The notes under the pieces were generated by a model. The model ran no database searches, was not told the origin of the DNA, and saw only the letters and a list, made by a program, of their open reading frames with translations. Below are positions 22,840-32,196 of a stretch of DNA of 64,000 nucleotides, in pieces. The position numbers were made by a program, and so were the translations under genes. The stretch's first letter is position 1. The number at the start of each line of letters is the position of its first letter. The stretch is from an uncultured Verrucomicrobiae bacterium (GTDB lineage Bacteria; Verrucomicrobiota; Verrucomicrobiia; Chthoniobacterales; UBA10450), in assembly GCA_963735805.1 (NCBI GenBank), contig CAVTMK010000002.1, positions 1,120,001-1,184,000 of the forward strand, read 5' to 3'.

Positions 22840-23463
22840 CTAGTAATCGCCTACATCTACGGATGTGCCGACTTTGGCGTGGTCGTAGAACAATTTTGCC
22901 CCATCGACTGATTCGCGAATGCAGCCATGCGAGGCGGGGTAGCCAGGCAGGATTCCAATGTGCATACCGACACCCTCTCCGGTGAGGCGGAGAAACCATT
23001 GCATGGGCGCGCCGGCAAAGTGCGTTCCGCTCGGCGCGGAATCGCTGCGCGCACTGACCCCGGCACGCACTATGCGGCCGGAACTGTCCACGAAATTGCC
23101 ATAAAGACTGGAGTGATGATTGGGGTCCTTTTCCATCACATTAAAATGTCCCTTTGGGGTTTCGTGCCCGCTCCGGCCAGATGAGACCGGACCATCGGCC
23201 ACGACTTGATCTCCAATCATGAGATAAGCCCGCTGCTTCGGTATCGAGACGACGATGCGCGTATTGTCCTGTGTCGCTTGTTTGAGCAAGGATTGATTCA
23301 CCTTCAGCGGTGCCTGTCTCTGAATGAACTGCGACGCTTTGCGCATGGGCGGCGGCGTGGGATTCGGCTGTCGCGGTTTCGGTCCGATGTGGAACAATTG
23401 CCCGCTCGCTGAAGAGACCAGCAGCGCCACTAAACTCAGCCGAATCAACGTCGAAAATCGCAT
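22840..23463 (-). CDS. L,D-transpeptidase (YkuD family)
   Basis: VSSGR...TPKG and GMHIG..PGYPASHGCIR; signal peptide. Confidence 0.92.
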   Translation of the reverse strand: MRFSTLIRLSLVALLVSSASGQLFHIGPKPRQPNPTPPPMRKASQFIQRQAPLKVNQSLLKQATQDNTRIVVSIPKQRAYLMIGDQVVADGPVSSGRSGHETPKGHFNVMEKDPNHHSSLYGNFVDSSGRIVRAGVSARSDSAPSGTHFAGAPMQWFLRLTGEGVGMHIGILPGYPASHGCIRESVDGAKLFYDHAKVGTSVDVGDY

Positions 23464-23466
23464 AAA

Positions 23467-24249
23467 CTAGCCGCCATTGTAGCTATTTACGCGCCGAATC
23501 CAACCCGATAACCACCGCGATTCGTGCCGTTGAGCCGGAGAGTTTTGCACCCGCCGAGTTAGCACCGATTTTGCGGCGCGCGCAAATTCATCAACCGCGT
23601 CGGTACTCGATGAGCCATGCATGGCTTCCAAGACTTGAAGAAGTCCCCAGCCCTGTCCTTGGTAACGTTCCGTATGCAGGACGCCTTCCCCCTTGAAGTT
23701 TACGTAATCGATCAGGGCGTAGCAGCCCTGGGGAGTTTTTGTCAGACGCTCGAATTGTGCCTGTACGTTAGCTCGATCAGAAGGCGCCGCTTCAGAGAGC
23801 ATTTTCGGCAACGCGCCGTCCAAGCGCGCCAAAAGAAATTCCGCCTGCAGATCGATCGTATCCGTGAGGAACTGGCGTAATTGATTCATTTCCGTGGAAT
23901 GTTGTGCTCGAAGAAACTCCGTTCGCGAGTTCCAGGGACACGGCTTGTCGGCAGGCCCCAGAAGCAACGCCGGCAGTTTTGCACCGCGCTTTGAAATAAA
24001 ACTCACGACCTTGGGAAAACTTTCGTCGAACGGTCCCCGTTGTCCTTTCGGGTACCAGATAAAGTGACCGATGCCCAGTGACGCGAAGTCTTCGCCTTCG
24101 TTCCATGAAGTAAGGCCGGCAATCGTTCCATTGCATTCATTTTGCCAGATTTTTTTGCCGATCTTCTGGACGTCAGCGTGCGAGAGAGTGACTGCGTGGA
24201 GAGACTTCGGCAGAAAGGCAATCAGGGCGGCTAAGACCAGCGGGGACAA
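23467..24249 (-). CDS. Conserved secreted hypothetical protein, possible lysozyme-superfamily hydrolase; start uncertain
   Basis: Hydrophobic leader, then KIWQNE...SLGIGHFIW...ALIDYVNFKGEG...GWIRRV. The track start at 24432 overlaps the FKBP gene. Confidence 0.7.
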   Translation of the reverse strand: MSPLVLAALIAFLPKSLHAVTLSHADVQKIGKKIWQNECNGTIAGLTSWNEGEDFASLGIGHFIWYPKGQRGPFDESFPKVVSFISKRGAKLPALLLGPADKPCPWNSRTEFLRAQHSTEMNQLRQFLTDTIDLQAEFLLARLDGALPKMLSEAAPSDRANVQAQFERLTKTPQGCYALIDYVNFKGEGVLHTERYQGQGWGLLQVLEAMHGSSSTDAVDEFARAAKSVLTRRVQNSPAQRHESRWLSGWIRRVNSYNGG

Positions 24250-24367
24250 AAAGTGCCAGCCTTCATACCGCCTGCATTCCTCGGTTCTTGACGGGCGACG
24301 TTTATCTATTAGCGTCCCAGTTTCCGCGGCGAACAATTTAACCGAATCCCCGCGAAGAACACGTTTT

Positions 24368-25117
24368 ATGAAACAACTAATCGTCATTTTCAGCGCATCC
24401 TTACTTGCATTACCTTTGTTTGGGCAAGACAAATCGGTCCAACTTAAGGATCAGAAAGATAAAGTGAGCTATAGCATTGGGCTCCAGATCGGATTCAACC
24501 TGGGCCGGCAAAAGGTGGATATTAGTCCCGACATGCTCGCTGCCGGTATAAAAGACGCCCTCGCTGGAAAACCACAACTGAACCCTGATCAAATCAAGGA
24601 AGTTATGACGACGTTCGAAAAAGATATGGAACAAAAGCAAAAAGAAGCGGGGGAGAAAAACAAAGCGGAAGGTACAAAGTTTCTCGACGACAACAAAAAG
24701 AAAGAGGGCGTGAAAACCACTGCCAGCGGACTGCAGTACAAAGTCCTCAAGGAAGGAAATGGAACGCAGCCAAAGAAGACCGACACAGTGACGGTGAACT
24801 ATCGGGGGACCCTCATAAACGGAACCGAGTTCGACAGTTCGTATAAGCGCGGACAACCAGCGACCTTTCCAGTCAACGGCGTCATTCCGGGATGGACTGA
24901 AGCGCTTCAGCTAATGAAAGTGGGATCAAAATATCAGCTGTTCATCCCATCGAACCTTGCCTATGGCGAAAGATCCGTTGGCCCTGATATCGGCGCGAAT
25001 TCGACTCTGATTTTTGAAGTGGAACTACTGGATGCCAAGCCGGCTCCGGCGCCTTCGCCCGCTGGCTCCGCAGTTGCGCCGAAGGCCCCCGCGCCAGCTG
25101 CCTCGCCAAAGAAGTAA
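24368..25117 (+). CDS. FKBP-type peptidyl-prolyl isomerase (FkpA/Mip-like)
   Basis: Signal peptide MKQLIVIF...; KVSYSIG, TASGLQY, FDSSYKRG, VIPGWTEAL and LIFEVELL. Confidence 0.95.
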   Translation: MKQLIVIFSASLLALPLFGQDKSVQLKDQKDKVSYSIGLQIGFNLGRQKVDISPDMLAAGIKDALAGKPQLNPDQIKEVMTTFEKDMEQKQKEAGEKNKAEGTKFLDDNKKKEGVKTTASGLQYKVLKEGNGTQPKKTDTVTVNYRGTLINGTEFDSSYKRGQPATFPVNGVIPGWTEALQLMKVGSKYQLFIPSNLAYGERSVGPDIGANSTLIFEVELLDAKPAPAPSPAGSAVAPKAPAPAASPKK

Positions 25118-25172
25118 CGCAGACATCCTTTCTGTAAGGGTACAAGCGGGCACGATTGCCTGCTTTACAGAT

Positions 25173-25532
25173 TCAGACTGCTGCGGCCGCTTCCCATTCG
25201 AACCGAGGAGCGTCGCCCCATAAGTCTTCCAGGCTATAAAAAGATCGTTTGTCCCGATGAAAGACGTGGACGACGACTTGCAGATAATCGAGCACGATCC
25301 ATTGGCTGGCAGGAAACCCGTCAATCGCGACGGGTCGAATGGAATGATCTTCTCTCAAACGGGTCTCAATTTCGTTTGCGATTGCTTTTAGCTGTGGCTC
25401 CGAGGTAGCCGAGCAAAGCACGAAAAAATCCGTGAACGTCGAGATCGCGCGCAGGTCCATGACGACGATGTCTTCCGCCTTTTTGTTCGAGGCGAGTTCA
25501 GCGCAGATTTTAGCTAGGTTTTCGGGCGTTAT
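25173..25532 (-). CDS. rsfS: Ribosome silencing factor; apparent non-canonical ATA start
   Basis: WIVLDYLQVVVHVF...FYSLEDLWGD; conserved AELASNKKAEDIVVMD continues upstream of the first ATG (25460); follows nadD. Confidence 0.9.
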   Translation of the reverse strand: MTPENLAKICAELASNKKAEDIVVMDLRAISTFTDFFVLCSATSEPQLKAIANEIETRLREDHSIRPVAIDGFPASQWIVLDYLQVVVHVFHRDKRSFYSLEDLWGDAPRFEWEAAAAV

Positions 25533-26098
25533 TTCCGTTGCTCCAGGTAAAGTTTTTCGCGGTGGATGATCTTTTCCACCGCCTGTGGTACGAAATACTG
25601 AATGGACCGGCCAGTGGCAACTCTCTTTCTGATTTCGGTCGCAGAAATGTCGATTTTTCGGCGAATGACCGGATAGACATGGCTCGGTCGTTGACCACTT
25701 CGATCAAGAACAACAAAACGAACCATCTTTTCCAGGTCGGAGAAACGTCGCCATTTCGTAAGCTTGTCGACGTTATCCTCGCCGATCAGGCAGTAAATCG
25801 TTGCATCGTCTGCGCGCCGCTTGATTTCCTCGACTGTATCGATGGTGAAAGAAGGGGGTTGTCGCCGCAGTTCGCAATCGTCCACAGCAAATCCAGGTTC
25901 GTTTTCAATGGCGGCTCGTATCATTAATAATCGTATTTCGTCTCTCGCAACGGGTGCGGCCTTTCGGAGGGGCGAAACGCGAGCGGGAATAAAGATCACT
26001 TCATCCGCGCCAAGTCTTTCAAGGGCCTCGCGCGCGACGATAAGATGGCCGTGATGAATCGGATCAAATGTGCCCCCGTAGATGGCGATCTTTTTCAA
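25529..26098 (-). CDS. nadD: Nicotinate-nucleotide adenylyltransferase
   Basis: YGGTFDPIHHGH, IGED and ISATEIR motifs. Confidence 0.95.
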   Translation of the reverse strand: MKKIAIYGGTFDPIHHGHLIVAREALERLGADEVIFIPARVSPLRKAAPVARDEIRLLMIRAAIENEPGFAVDDCELRRQPPSFTIDTVEEIKRRADDATIYCLIGEDNVDKLTKWRRFSDLEKMVRFVVLDRSGQRPSHVYPVIRRKIDISATEIRKRVATGRSIQYFVPQAVEKIIHREKLYLEQRK

Positions 26099-26187
26099 CG
26101 TTCAACGTTCAATGCTCAACATTCAACATTCAACTGAAAGCATCTCATAATTGGGCGTTGGACGTTGAATGTTCACCGTTGGGCGTT
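26096..26187. repeat. Heptamer tandem array (TTCAACG-like) followed by an inverted array (TTGGRCG-like)
   Basis: tcaacg ttcaacg ttcaatg ctcaaca ttcaaca ttcaac ... ttgggcg ttggacg ttgaatg ttcaccg ttgggcg tt. Confidence 0.8.
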
Positions 26188-26201
26188 ACTCTTTGCCGCC
26201 C

Positions 26202-27301
26202 ATGAAAGCGGATTTGTACGGCCAACTGATCATGACCGGGGTGCCTGGGAAGGAAGTAGACCTTAAAACGGCGAAGTTATTCCGGAAAGTAAGACCGGGG
26301 GCCTTTATTCTCTTTGGCCGCAACATTGAAAGCGCACCGCAATTGAGAAAACTGATCGATGACCTGCGCGATTTAAGCGACATCGAGCCCATCATCACCA
26401 TCGACCAGGAAGGCGGCCGCGTTTCGCGTCTCCGATTGATTGGCAGCGAGCCGCCGAATGCTCAGCAACTGCGCGATAGAAACGACATCGAACTCATTCG
26501 ACGTCATGGAGACATCACCGGCCGGTTGCTCCGTCTTTTCGGTTTCAATCTCGACCTGTGCCCAGTGCTGGACATTTCCTTTGATGACGATGCGGAAAAT
26601 TCGCTGCGCGGGCGATGTTACGGGAAAACAGTCGACCAGGTTGTTCGCAACGCCGGCGAGTTCAACGACGGGTTGAAAGGGCAGGGGATTGCGAGCTGCG
26701 GCAAGCATTTTCCGGGTACTCCGCCGCGGGCTCAGACGCGCACTATGAATTGCCGCGAATCGATCGCACCCGCGAACAACTGGACCGGAATGAACTGGCA
26801 GTATTTCGCAAGTTCGCAAAGGACGTAGACAGCATGATGATCTGTCACGGCTGGTATCCGTGCTTTGAGGCGGAAAAGACGCCTGCCACTTTGTCGCGAC
26901 GGATTGTTACCGAGTTATTGCGTAATGACTTCGGTTTCGAGGGTCTCGTCATGACTGACGATCTCGACATGGGGGCGATCCTTACCGGGTATCGGCTCGA
27001 GGACACAATTCGTCTGGCCATCGCTGCTGGAAACGACATGACCATGATTTGCCATCGCATTCCTGAGATCGAGAATGTGCAACGATTTCTCGCTGCATCC
27101 CCGGCAGATCAAATCGATCGCGCATTGGAGAACGTCGCACGATTCAAAGAAAGACTTACGCCACCTGACAAGTTTTCCGAAGATGATTTCCGCAAGATCG
27201 ACGACGAGATCTGGGACCTGCGCGTTGCCGTTCTGGGAGAAGAACGCGCCAGACAGACGACACCTCAAAGCGTTCAACGCTCGCCCGTAGAGATGTTCTG
27301 A
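26202..27301 (+). CDS. nagZ: GH3 beta-N-acetylhexosaminidase (NagZ-like), split by a one-base frameshift at about 26715
   Basis: Frame 1 has IDQEGGRVSR and CGKHFPG; frame 2 has YSAAGSDAHYELP and MTDDLDMGA. One extra G joins them. Confidence 0.85.
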
Positions 27302-27341
27302 TTCGCAGAGCGCATTTCGCGCGCATGGCCGGGTATGCATC

Positions 27342-29381
27342 TTGACCCCTCAGCCGACTCCAGACTATTCTCCGCTTTCTGTGCGCGTCGAGCTTACCAT
27401 CCGCGGGATAATTATAGGTGTCGTCATCACGCTGGTATTGACCGCAGCGAATGTGTATTGCGGTCTCAAGGCTGGTCTTACATTTTCGACTTCAATTCCA
27501 GCTGCGGTGATTTCGATGGCGATCCTCCGGAGCTTCCGCGATGCCACGGTTCAGGAAAACAACATCGTGCAAACAGTTGCGTCCGCCGCCGGCACGCTGT
27601 CATCGATTATCTTCGTGCTGCCGGGTCTGGTTATGATCGGATGGTGGACCGGTTTTCCATTCTGGATCTCTTTCGCGATCTGCGCACTGGGCGGCATTCT
27701 GGGCGTGATGTACTCAATTCCGCTGCGTCGGGCGTTAGTGACTGGCTCGGACCTGCCGTACCCCGAGGGCGTTGCCTGCGCCGAAGTATTGAAGGTCGGC
27801 AGTGGAGGCGATGCCCAAAACGCTTCGGACATCGAACATGGACGCGCAGGTCTGCTGGCCGTCTTATGGGGATCGATCGTCGCAGCTGTGTTTGCAGTCG
27901 TCGTCGCCACGCAAATGTTCGGCGCCGACGTGGCGCAGACTTTTCGAATCGGCCGCAAGGGTGCCGTGAGCGGGTTTGATTTCTCGTTGTCCTTCTTGCT
28001 GCTCGCGATCGGCCACTTGGTTGGTCTCTCAGTTGGTATTGCGATGCTCATAGGCGCAGTGATCGGCTGGGGCTGGGGCGTGCCGCATTACTCCGCTCTC
28101 GCGCAGGATGTGACGACGGCCGCCGGTGCGCTGGCACAAAGTACCTGGAGCCGCAAAGTGCGTTTCGTTGGCGCCGGTGCGATCGGCGTGTCGGCAATCT
28201 GGACATTGCTAAAACTGGTAAAGCCGGTAGCGAGTGGTCTCGCCAGCGCGATGGCTGCTTCGCGCGCACGTAAGGCTGGCAAGAGCGACACGCTGCCAAT
28301 TACCGAGCGCGACATCCCGATCGGTATCGTCGGTCTCGTCACGTTGGCGTGCATGCTGCCGATTGGCTGGATCCTCGCTTATTTCGGCAATGAGAGCGGC
28401 CTCGGCGCGCAGGTGGCCACGCTCACTATCGGCGGCGTGGCGTACGTACTGTTGATGAGCTTCTTTGTCTCGGCAGTCTGCGGATACATGGCGGGTCTGA
28501 TTGGTTCTTCCAACAGCCCGCTGTCGGGTATTGGAATTCTGGTGGTGATTGGCGCCGCGTTGCTGCTGGTGATTGGCGTAAAACCGTACGTGTCGCCAGA
28601 TTCGGGCAAAGCGTTGATGGCATTCGCGCTTTTCACTACCGCCGTGATCTTCAACGTCGCCGCAATCGCGAACAATAATCTGCAGGACCTCAAGACCGGC
28701 CAATTGGTCGATGCGACACCATGGAAACAGCAGGTAGCGCTCGTGATCGGTGTCATCGCTGGCGCGCTTGTGATTCCGCCGGTGCTTGATCTGATGAATC
28801 ACGCTTATGGCTTTATGGGTGCGCCTGGCGCCGAGCTGCGTCCGAATCCACTGCCAGCGCCTCAGGCCGGACTGATCTCATCACTCGCGCAAGGCGTCAT
28901 CGCCGCTGATATCGATTGGAGTCTGATTCGGACCGGTGGGCTGATCGGCCTTTTTATTATTCTGCTGGATGAAATCCTCGCTCGCACGACACGGCACATG
29001 CGCGTGCCCCCGTTAGCCGTGGGCCTGGGAATTTATTTGCCCACGCAGAGTACACTAATGGTCGTGGTCGGCGCGGTGGTTGGATGGTTTTTCGACAAGC
29101 AAGCCAACCGCAGCCCGCGCCCGGAGGCCACGAAGCAGCTGGGCGTGCTACTCGCGTCGGGTTTGATCGTCGGCGAGAGTGTGATCCTCGTCGTGATCTC
29201 TGCAATAGTCGCGTTCTCCGGCGTACCCGCGCCGCTGGCGTTGGTCGGCCCGAGCTTTGAGGCCGCTGGCAAAGTCATCGGCGGCGTTGCCTTCGTAGTC
29301 ATCGCCGTGCTGCTGTATCGTTGGATCTGGCGGTTGGCGACGGCAAATAGTGCAACACCTGCCCGCAATGCTTCGCAGTAG
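27342..29381 (+). CDS. OPT family oligopeptide transporter
   Basis: ELTIRG, GLKAGLTFSTSIPAA, ENNIVQT, LPYPEG and LQDLKTG motifs. Confidence 0.93.
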   Translation: MTPQPTPDYSPLSVRVELTIRGIIIGVVITLVLTAANVYCGLKAGLTFSTSIPAAVISMAILRSFRDATVQENNIVQTVASAAGTLSSIIFVLPGLVMIGWWTGFPFWISFAICALGGILGVMYSIPLRRALVTGSDLPYPEGVACAEVLKVGSGGDAQNASDIEHGRAGLLAVLWGSIVAAVFAVVVATQMFGADVAQTFRIGRKGAVSGFDFSLSFLLLAIGHLVGLSVGIAMLIGAVIGWGWGVPHYSALAQDVTTAAGALAQSTWSRKVRFVGAGAIGVSAIWTLLKLVKPVASGLASAMAASRARKAGKSDTLPITERDIPIGIVGLVTLACMLPIGWILAYFGNESGLGAQVATLTIGGVAYVLLMSFFVSAVCGYMAGLIGSSNSPLSGIGILVVIGAALLLVIGVKPYVSPDSGKALMAFALFTTAVIFNVAAIANNNLQDLKTGQLVDATPWKQQVALVIGVIAGALVIPPVLDLMNHAYGFMGAPGAELRPNPLPAPQAGLISSLAQGVIAADIDWSLIRTGGLIGLFIILLDEILARTTRHMRVPPLAVGLGIYLPTQSTLMVVVGAVVGWFFDKQANRSPRPEATKQLGVLLASGLIVGESVILVVISAIVAFSGVPAPLALVGPSFEAAGKVIGGVAFVVIAVLLYRWIWRLATANSATPARNASQ

Positions 29382-29412
29382 CGATGCAGGCGGGGCGATC
29401 TTAATTGCGAGT

Positions 29413-30213
29413 ATGAACGCGGGCGCGAAGAAGAGTTGGAATTGGTCCCTATGGATCGGTTTTCTTTTCGCGCTGACTGGTTTTCTCAGTTACACGTTCT
29501 TCGCGCAATTCCCCGTTACCCGTGATTTTCCATGGGCGAATCTTTTGTTGTTTGCTCTAGGCGGAATTCTGTTGGTGTTGGGCCTGTTTCGAGCATTTGG
29601 CAAACCGCGGGTTTACCGCGGCAAAGTCCTCGGCCCGATTTTAGCCACACTGGGGATATTTATGTTCGGGTTCTTTTCCTATGTGTTCTTTTATGTGCTG
29701 CGGCAGGTCCCGCCTTCGACCGGAGCACCGCGAGTCGGAGAAAAAGCTCCCGAGTTCACGTTGTCGGATCAAGACGGAAAGGACGTGTCTCTTCGTGATC
29801 TCACCAGCAGATCGAAAGCTGTCGCACTGATTTTTTATCGCGGTTTTTGGTGACCATTATGTAACTCCGAGTTGCGGAGTTTTCAGCAGCGGCTTCAAGA
29901 GCTTGAATCGCGCGGGATTCAAGTCGTCGCGATTAGCGTGGACACGCCGGATATTAATCGGCGCCAAAAACAAAAACTTGGCTATACCTACACATTCCTG
30001 TCCGATCCCAAGGCAGAAGTGATTCGGCGTTACGATCTGTTGCATCGTGGTGCAGGACCCAAAGGTGCGGATATTGCGCGTCCGGCGGAGTTTCTTGTTG
30101 ATTCGACCGGAACAATTCGCTGGGTGAATCTTACCGAGAATATCGCCGTACGCGCGCGACCCCAGCAGATGCTGGACGCCTTTGAACAAGGGGAGCAGGC
30201 TGCACCCCAATAA
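29413..30213 (+). CDS. Probable selenoprotein: 3-TM membrane anchor fused to an AhpC/TSA (peroxiredoxin-like) domain with UxxC
   Basis: Track ORFs 29350-29853 and 29872-30213 share a frame. Reading through TGA 29851-29853 gives IFYRGFW-U-PLCNSELRSF, matching the FYRGxWCPxC family motif. Confidence 0.85.
29854..29881 (+). promoter_or_regulatory. Candidate bacterial SECIS element
   Basis: Perfect 7-bp stem AACTCCG/CGGAGTT (29863-29881) with loop AGTTG, which begins 17 nt after the UGA. Confidence 0.7.
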
Positions 30214-30268
30214 TTGCAGACCTCGGGGCGATTGACGGCGCTCTGCCGAATCAATACCTTGAGCGCGC

Positions 30269-30970
30269 GTGCATTCGGAACTGGAACAACTTCTTATCCT
30301 CCAAGATCGAGAACAGAAGATCAGACAAATCCAGACTGAAATAGAGACCGTGCCGCTGCGACGGACGAATCTCGAAGGGCAGTTGGCCGCGAGCGAAAGT
30401 GCAGTCGATGCGCTGAAACAAAAAGCGCGTCACCTAGAAGTGGACCGGAAGAAGCTGGAACTCGATGTGGGGACGCGCACAGAGAGCATTTCGCGGTTCA
30501 AGACCCAACAGTATCAAACGCGCAAGAACGATGAGTTTCAGGCGCTCGGACATGAAATTGAGCGATACGAAAATGAAATTCGCAAAATCGAGGATGATGA
30601 ACTGGAGTTGATGGTGCAGGCCGACAAGGTCAAGATTGACCTAGCTGAGGAAGAAAAGAAGGCGGCCGGCGTTAAGGAATCAATTGCACGGCAAACCGCC
30701 GATCTTGATGAAAAGTCGAAAGTTTTGCAGTCGCGGTTGGAAGAGCTGACCAACGAACGCACAGAGTTGGCGGCAAAGATCGACGAGGATTTGCTTGGTC
30801 TATTCGAGCGTCTTTTTAAGAGCAAAGGCGACGCTGCAGTGGTCGCAATCGAGCACGGAGTCTGTACGGGCTGCCATATGAAGGTAACGAGCGCAACGGC
30901 TGCGAGTGCGAGAGCCGGGAAAGAGATCGTAAGTTGCGAGAATTGCGGCCGCATTCTGTACGAAGCGTAG
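30269..30970 (+). CDS. Coiled-coil protein with C4 zinc ribbon (DUF164-like)
   Basis: Long coiled coil, then CTGCHM...CENCGRILY. Confidence 0.9.
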   Translation: MHSELEQLLILQDREQKIRQIQTEIETVPLRRTNLEGQLAASESAVDALKQKARHLEVDRKKLELDVGTRTESISRFKTQQYQTRKNDEFQALGHEIERYENEIRKIEDDELELMVQADKVKIDLAEEEKKAAGVKESIARQTADLDEKSKVLQSRLEELTNERTELAAKIDEDLLGLFERLFKSKGDAAVVAIEHGVCTGCHMKVTSATAASARAGKEIVSCENCGRILYEA

Positions 30971-30978
30971 TCTTCGGC

Positions 30979-32127
30979 TCACACGTTGAACCGGAAGAAA
31001 ATCACGTCGCCGTCGCGCACGACGTAGTCTTTCCCCTCCAACCGAACCTTGCCCGCCTCACGAGCTTTCGCCACGGACCCGGCCGCAATCAGATCGTCGT
31101 AGGAAATTGTTTCCGCTGCGATAAAACCGCGTTCGAAATCTGAATGGATGGTTCCGGCGGCAGTTGCCGCTTTGTCGCCGGCGTGAATGGTCCATGCACG
31201 CGATTCCTTTTCGCCGGTAGTAAGAAACGTGCGCAGGCCAAGCAAGTGATAAACGGCCCGGATGAGGGCGTGCACGCCGGTATCTTCCACACGTAGTCCT
31301 CGAAGATAATCCAGCGCGTCCTGTTCGCTCAGATCAACCAGCTCGCTCTCCAGTTGCGCGCTGATGACGACCGCCTCGGTACCGAAATGGTGGCGCGCGT
31401 AATCCTCGACCTCCTTAACCCGCTTTTCGACATTGTAGCCGGATGCGCTGACACCGTCACTGCGGACGGTGCCCGCGGCGACAGAGACCAAATCCGATTC
31501 CGAGACGTTACATGCAAAAATCGTTGGCTTTGATGTGAGCAGAAAGAAATTGCGGGCGATCATCTTTTCCTCAGGTGTCAAAGTGGCTGTAATGGCTGGC
31601 TTCCCCGAATCCAGGTGAGGCAATAGTTTCTCGGCGATCGCATTTTCATTTTTCGCTGTTTTATCGCCGGCGCGAACTTCCTTCTGCAATCGGTCGTGTC
31701 TTTTCTGAAGCGATGCCAAATCCGCCAACACAAGCTCGGTGTTGATTATTTCAATGTCTCGGACCGGATCAACGGTGGCGCTGACATGATGCACATTGCT
31801 GTCTTCGAAACAGCGTACCACCTGCACGATGGCATCCACTTCGCGAATGTGATGGAGGAATTGATTCCCCAGACCCTCGCCCGCACTGGCGCCTTTGACC
31901 AGACCGGCAATATCAACGAATTGAACCGCAGTCGGGACAATTTTTTTGGAATTTGAAATCTGCGCTATTTTTTCCAGACGGGGATCAGGAACCGTCACAA
32001 TGCCCACGTTCGGATCGATCGTACAAAAAGGATAATTTTCCGCAGGCGCCTTATGCGTGCGCGTAACGGCGTTAAAAAGCGTCGATTTCCCGACGTTTGG
32101 AAGACCAACAATTCCGGCACTGAGCAT
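30979..32127 (-). CDS. ychF: Redox-regulated ATPase YchF
   Basis: GIVGLPNVGKSTLFN, DIAGLVKGAS.GEGLGNQFL and EGKDYVVRDGD; start set at MLSAG because the longer ORF runs into tRNA-Pro. Confidence 0.96.
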   Translation of the reverse strand: MLSAGIVGLPNVGKSTLFNAVTRTHKAPAENYPFCTIDPNVGIVTVPDPRLEKIAQISNSKKIVPTAVQFVDIAGLVKGASAGEGLGNQFLHHIREVDAIVQVVRCFEDSNVHHVSATVDPVRDIEIINTELVLADLASLQKRHDRLQKEVRAGDKTAKNENAIAEKLLPHLDSGKPAITATLTPEEKMIARNFFLLTSKPTIFACNVSESDLVSVAAGTVRSDGVSASGYNVEKRVKEVEDYARHHFGTEAVVISAQLESELVDLSEQDALDYLRGLRVEDTGVHALIRAVYHLLGLRTFLTTGEKESRAWTIHAGDKAATAAGTIHSDFERGFIAAETISYDDLIAAGSVAKAREAGKVRLEGKDYVVRDGDVIFFRFNV

Positions 32128-32196
32128 GTTTCTGTAGCGGCCGTATCCGACAGCCGAAAGTGAGCGACACTTAAAGAGCGCCGCTGCTGTTAACCA

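Noticed and set aside
24071..24432. Long overlap of the FKBP ORF and the opposite-strand hypothetical ORF
   Set aside because: Longest-ORF artefact; signal peptides place the starts near 24368 and 24249-24266.
26096..26187. Repeat arrays as CRISPR
   Set aside because: Units are 7-8 nt with no spacers; no cas genes in the window.
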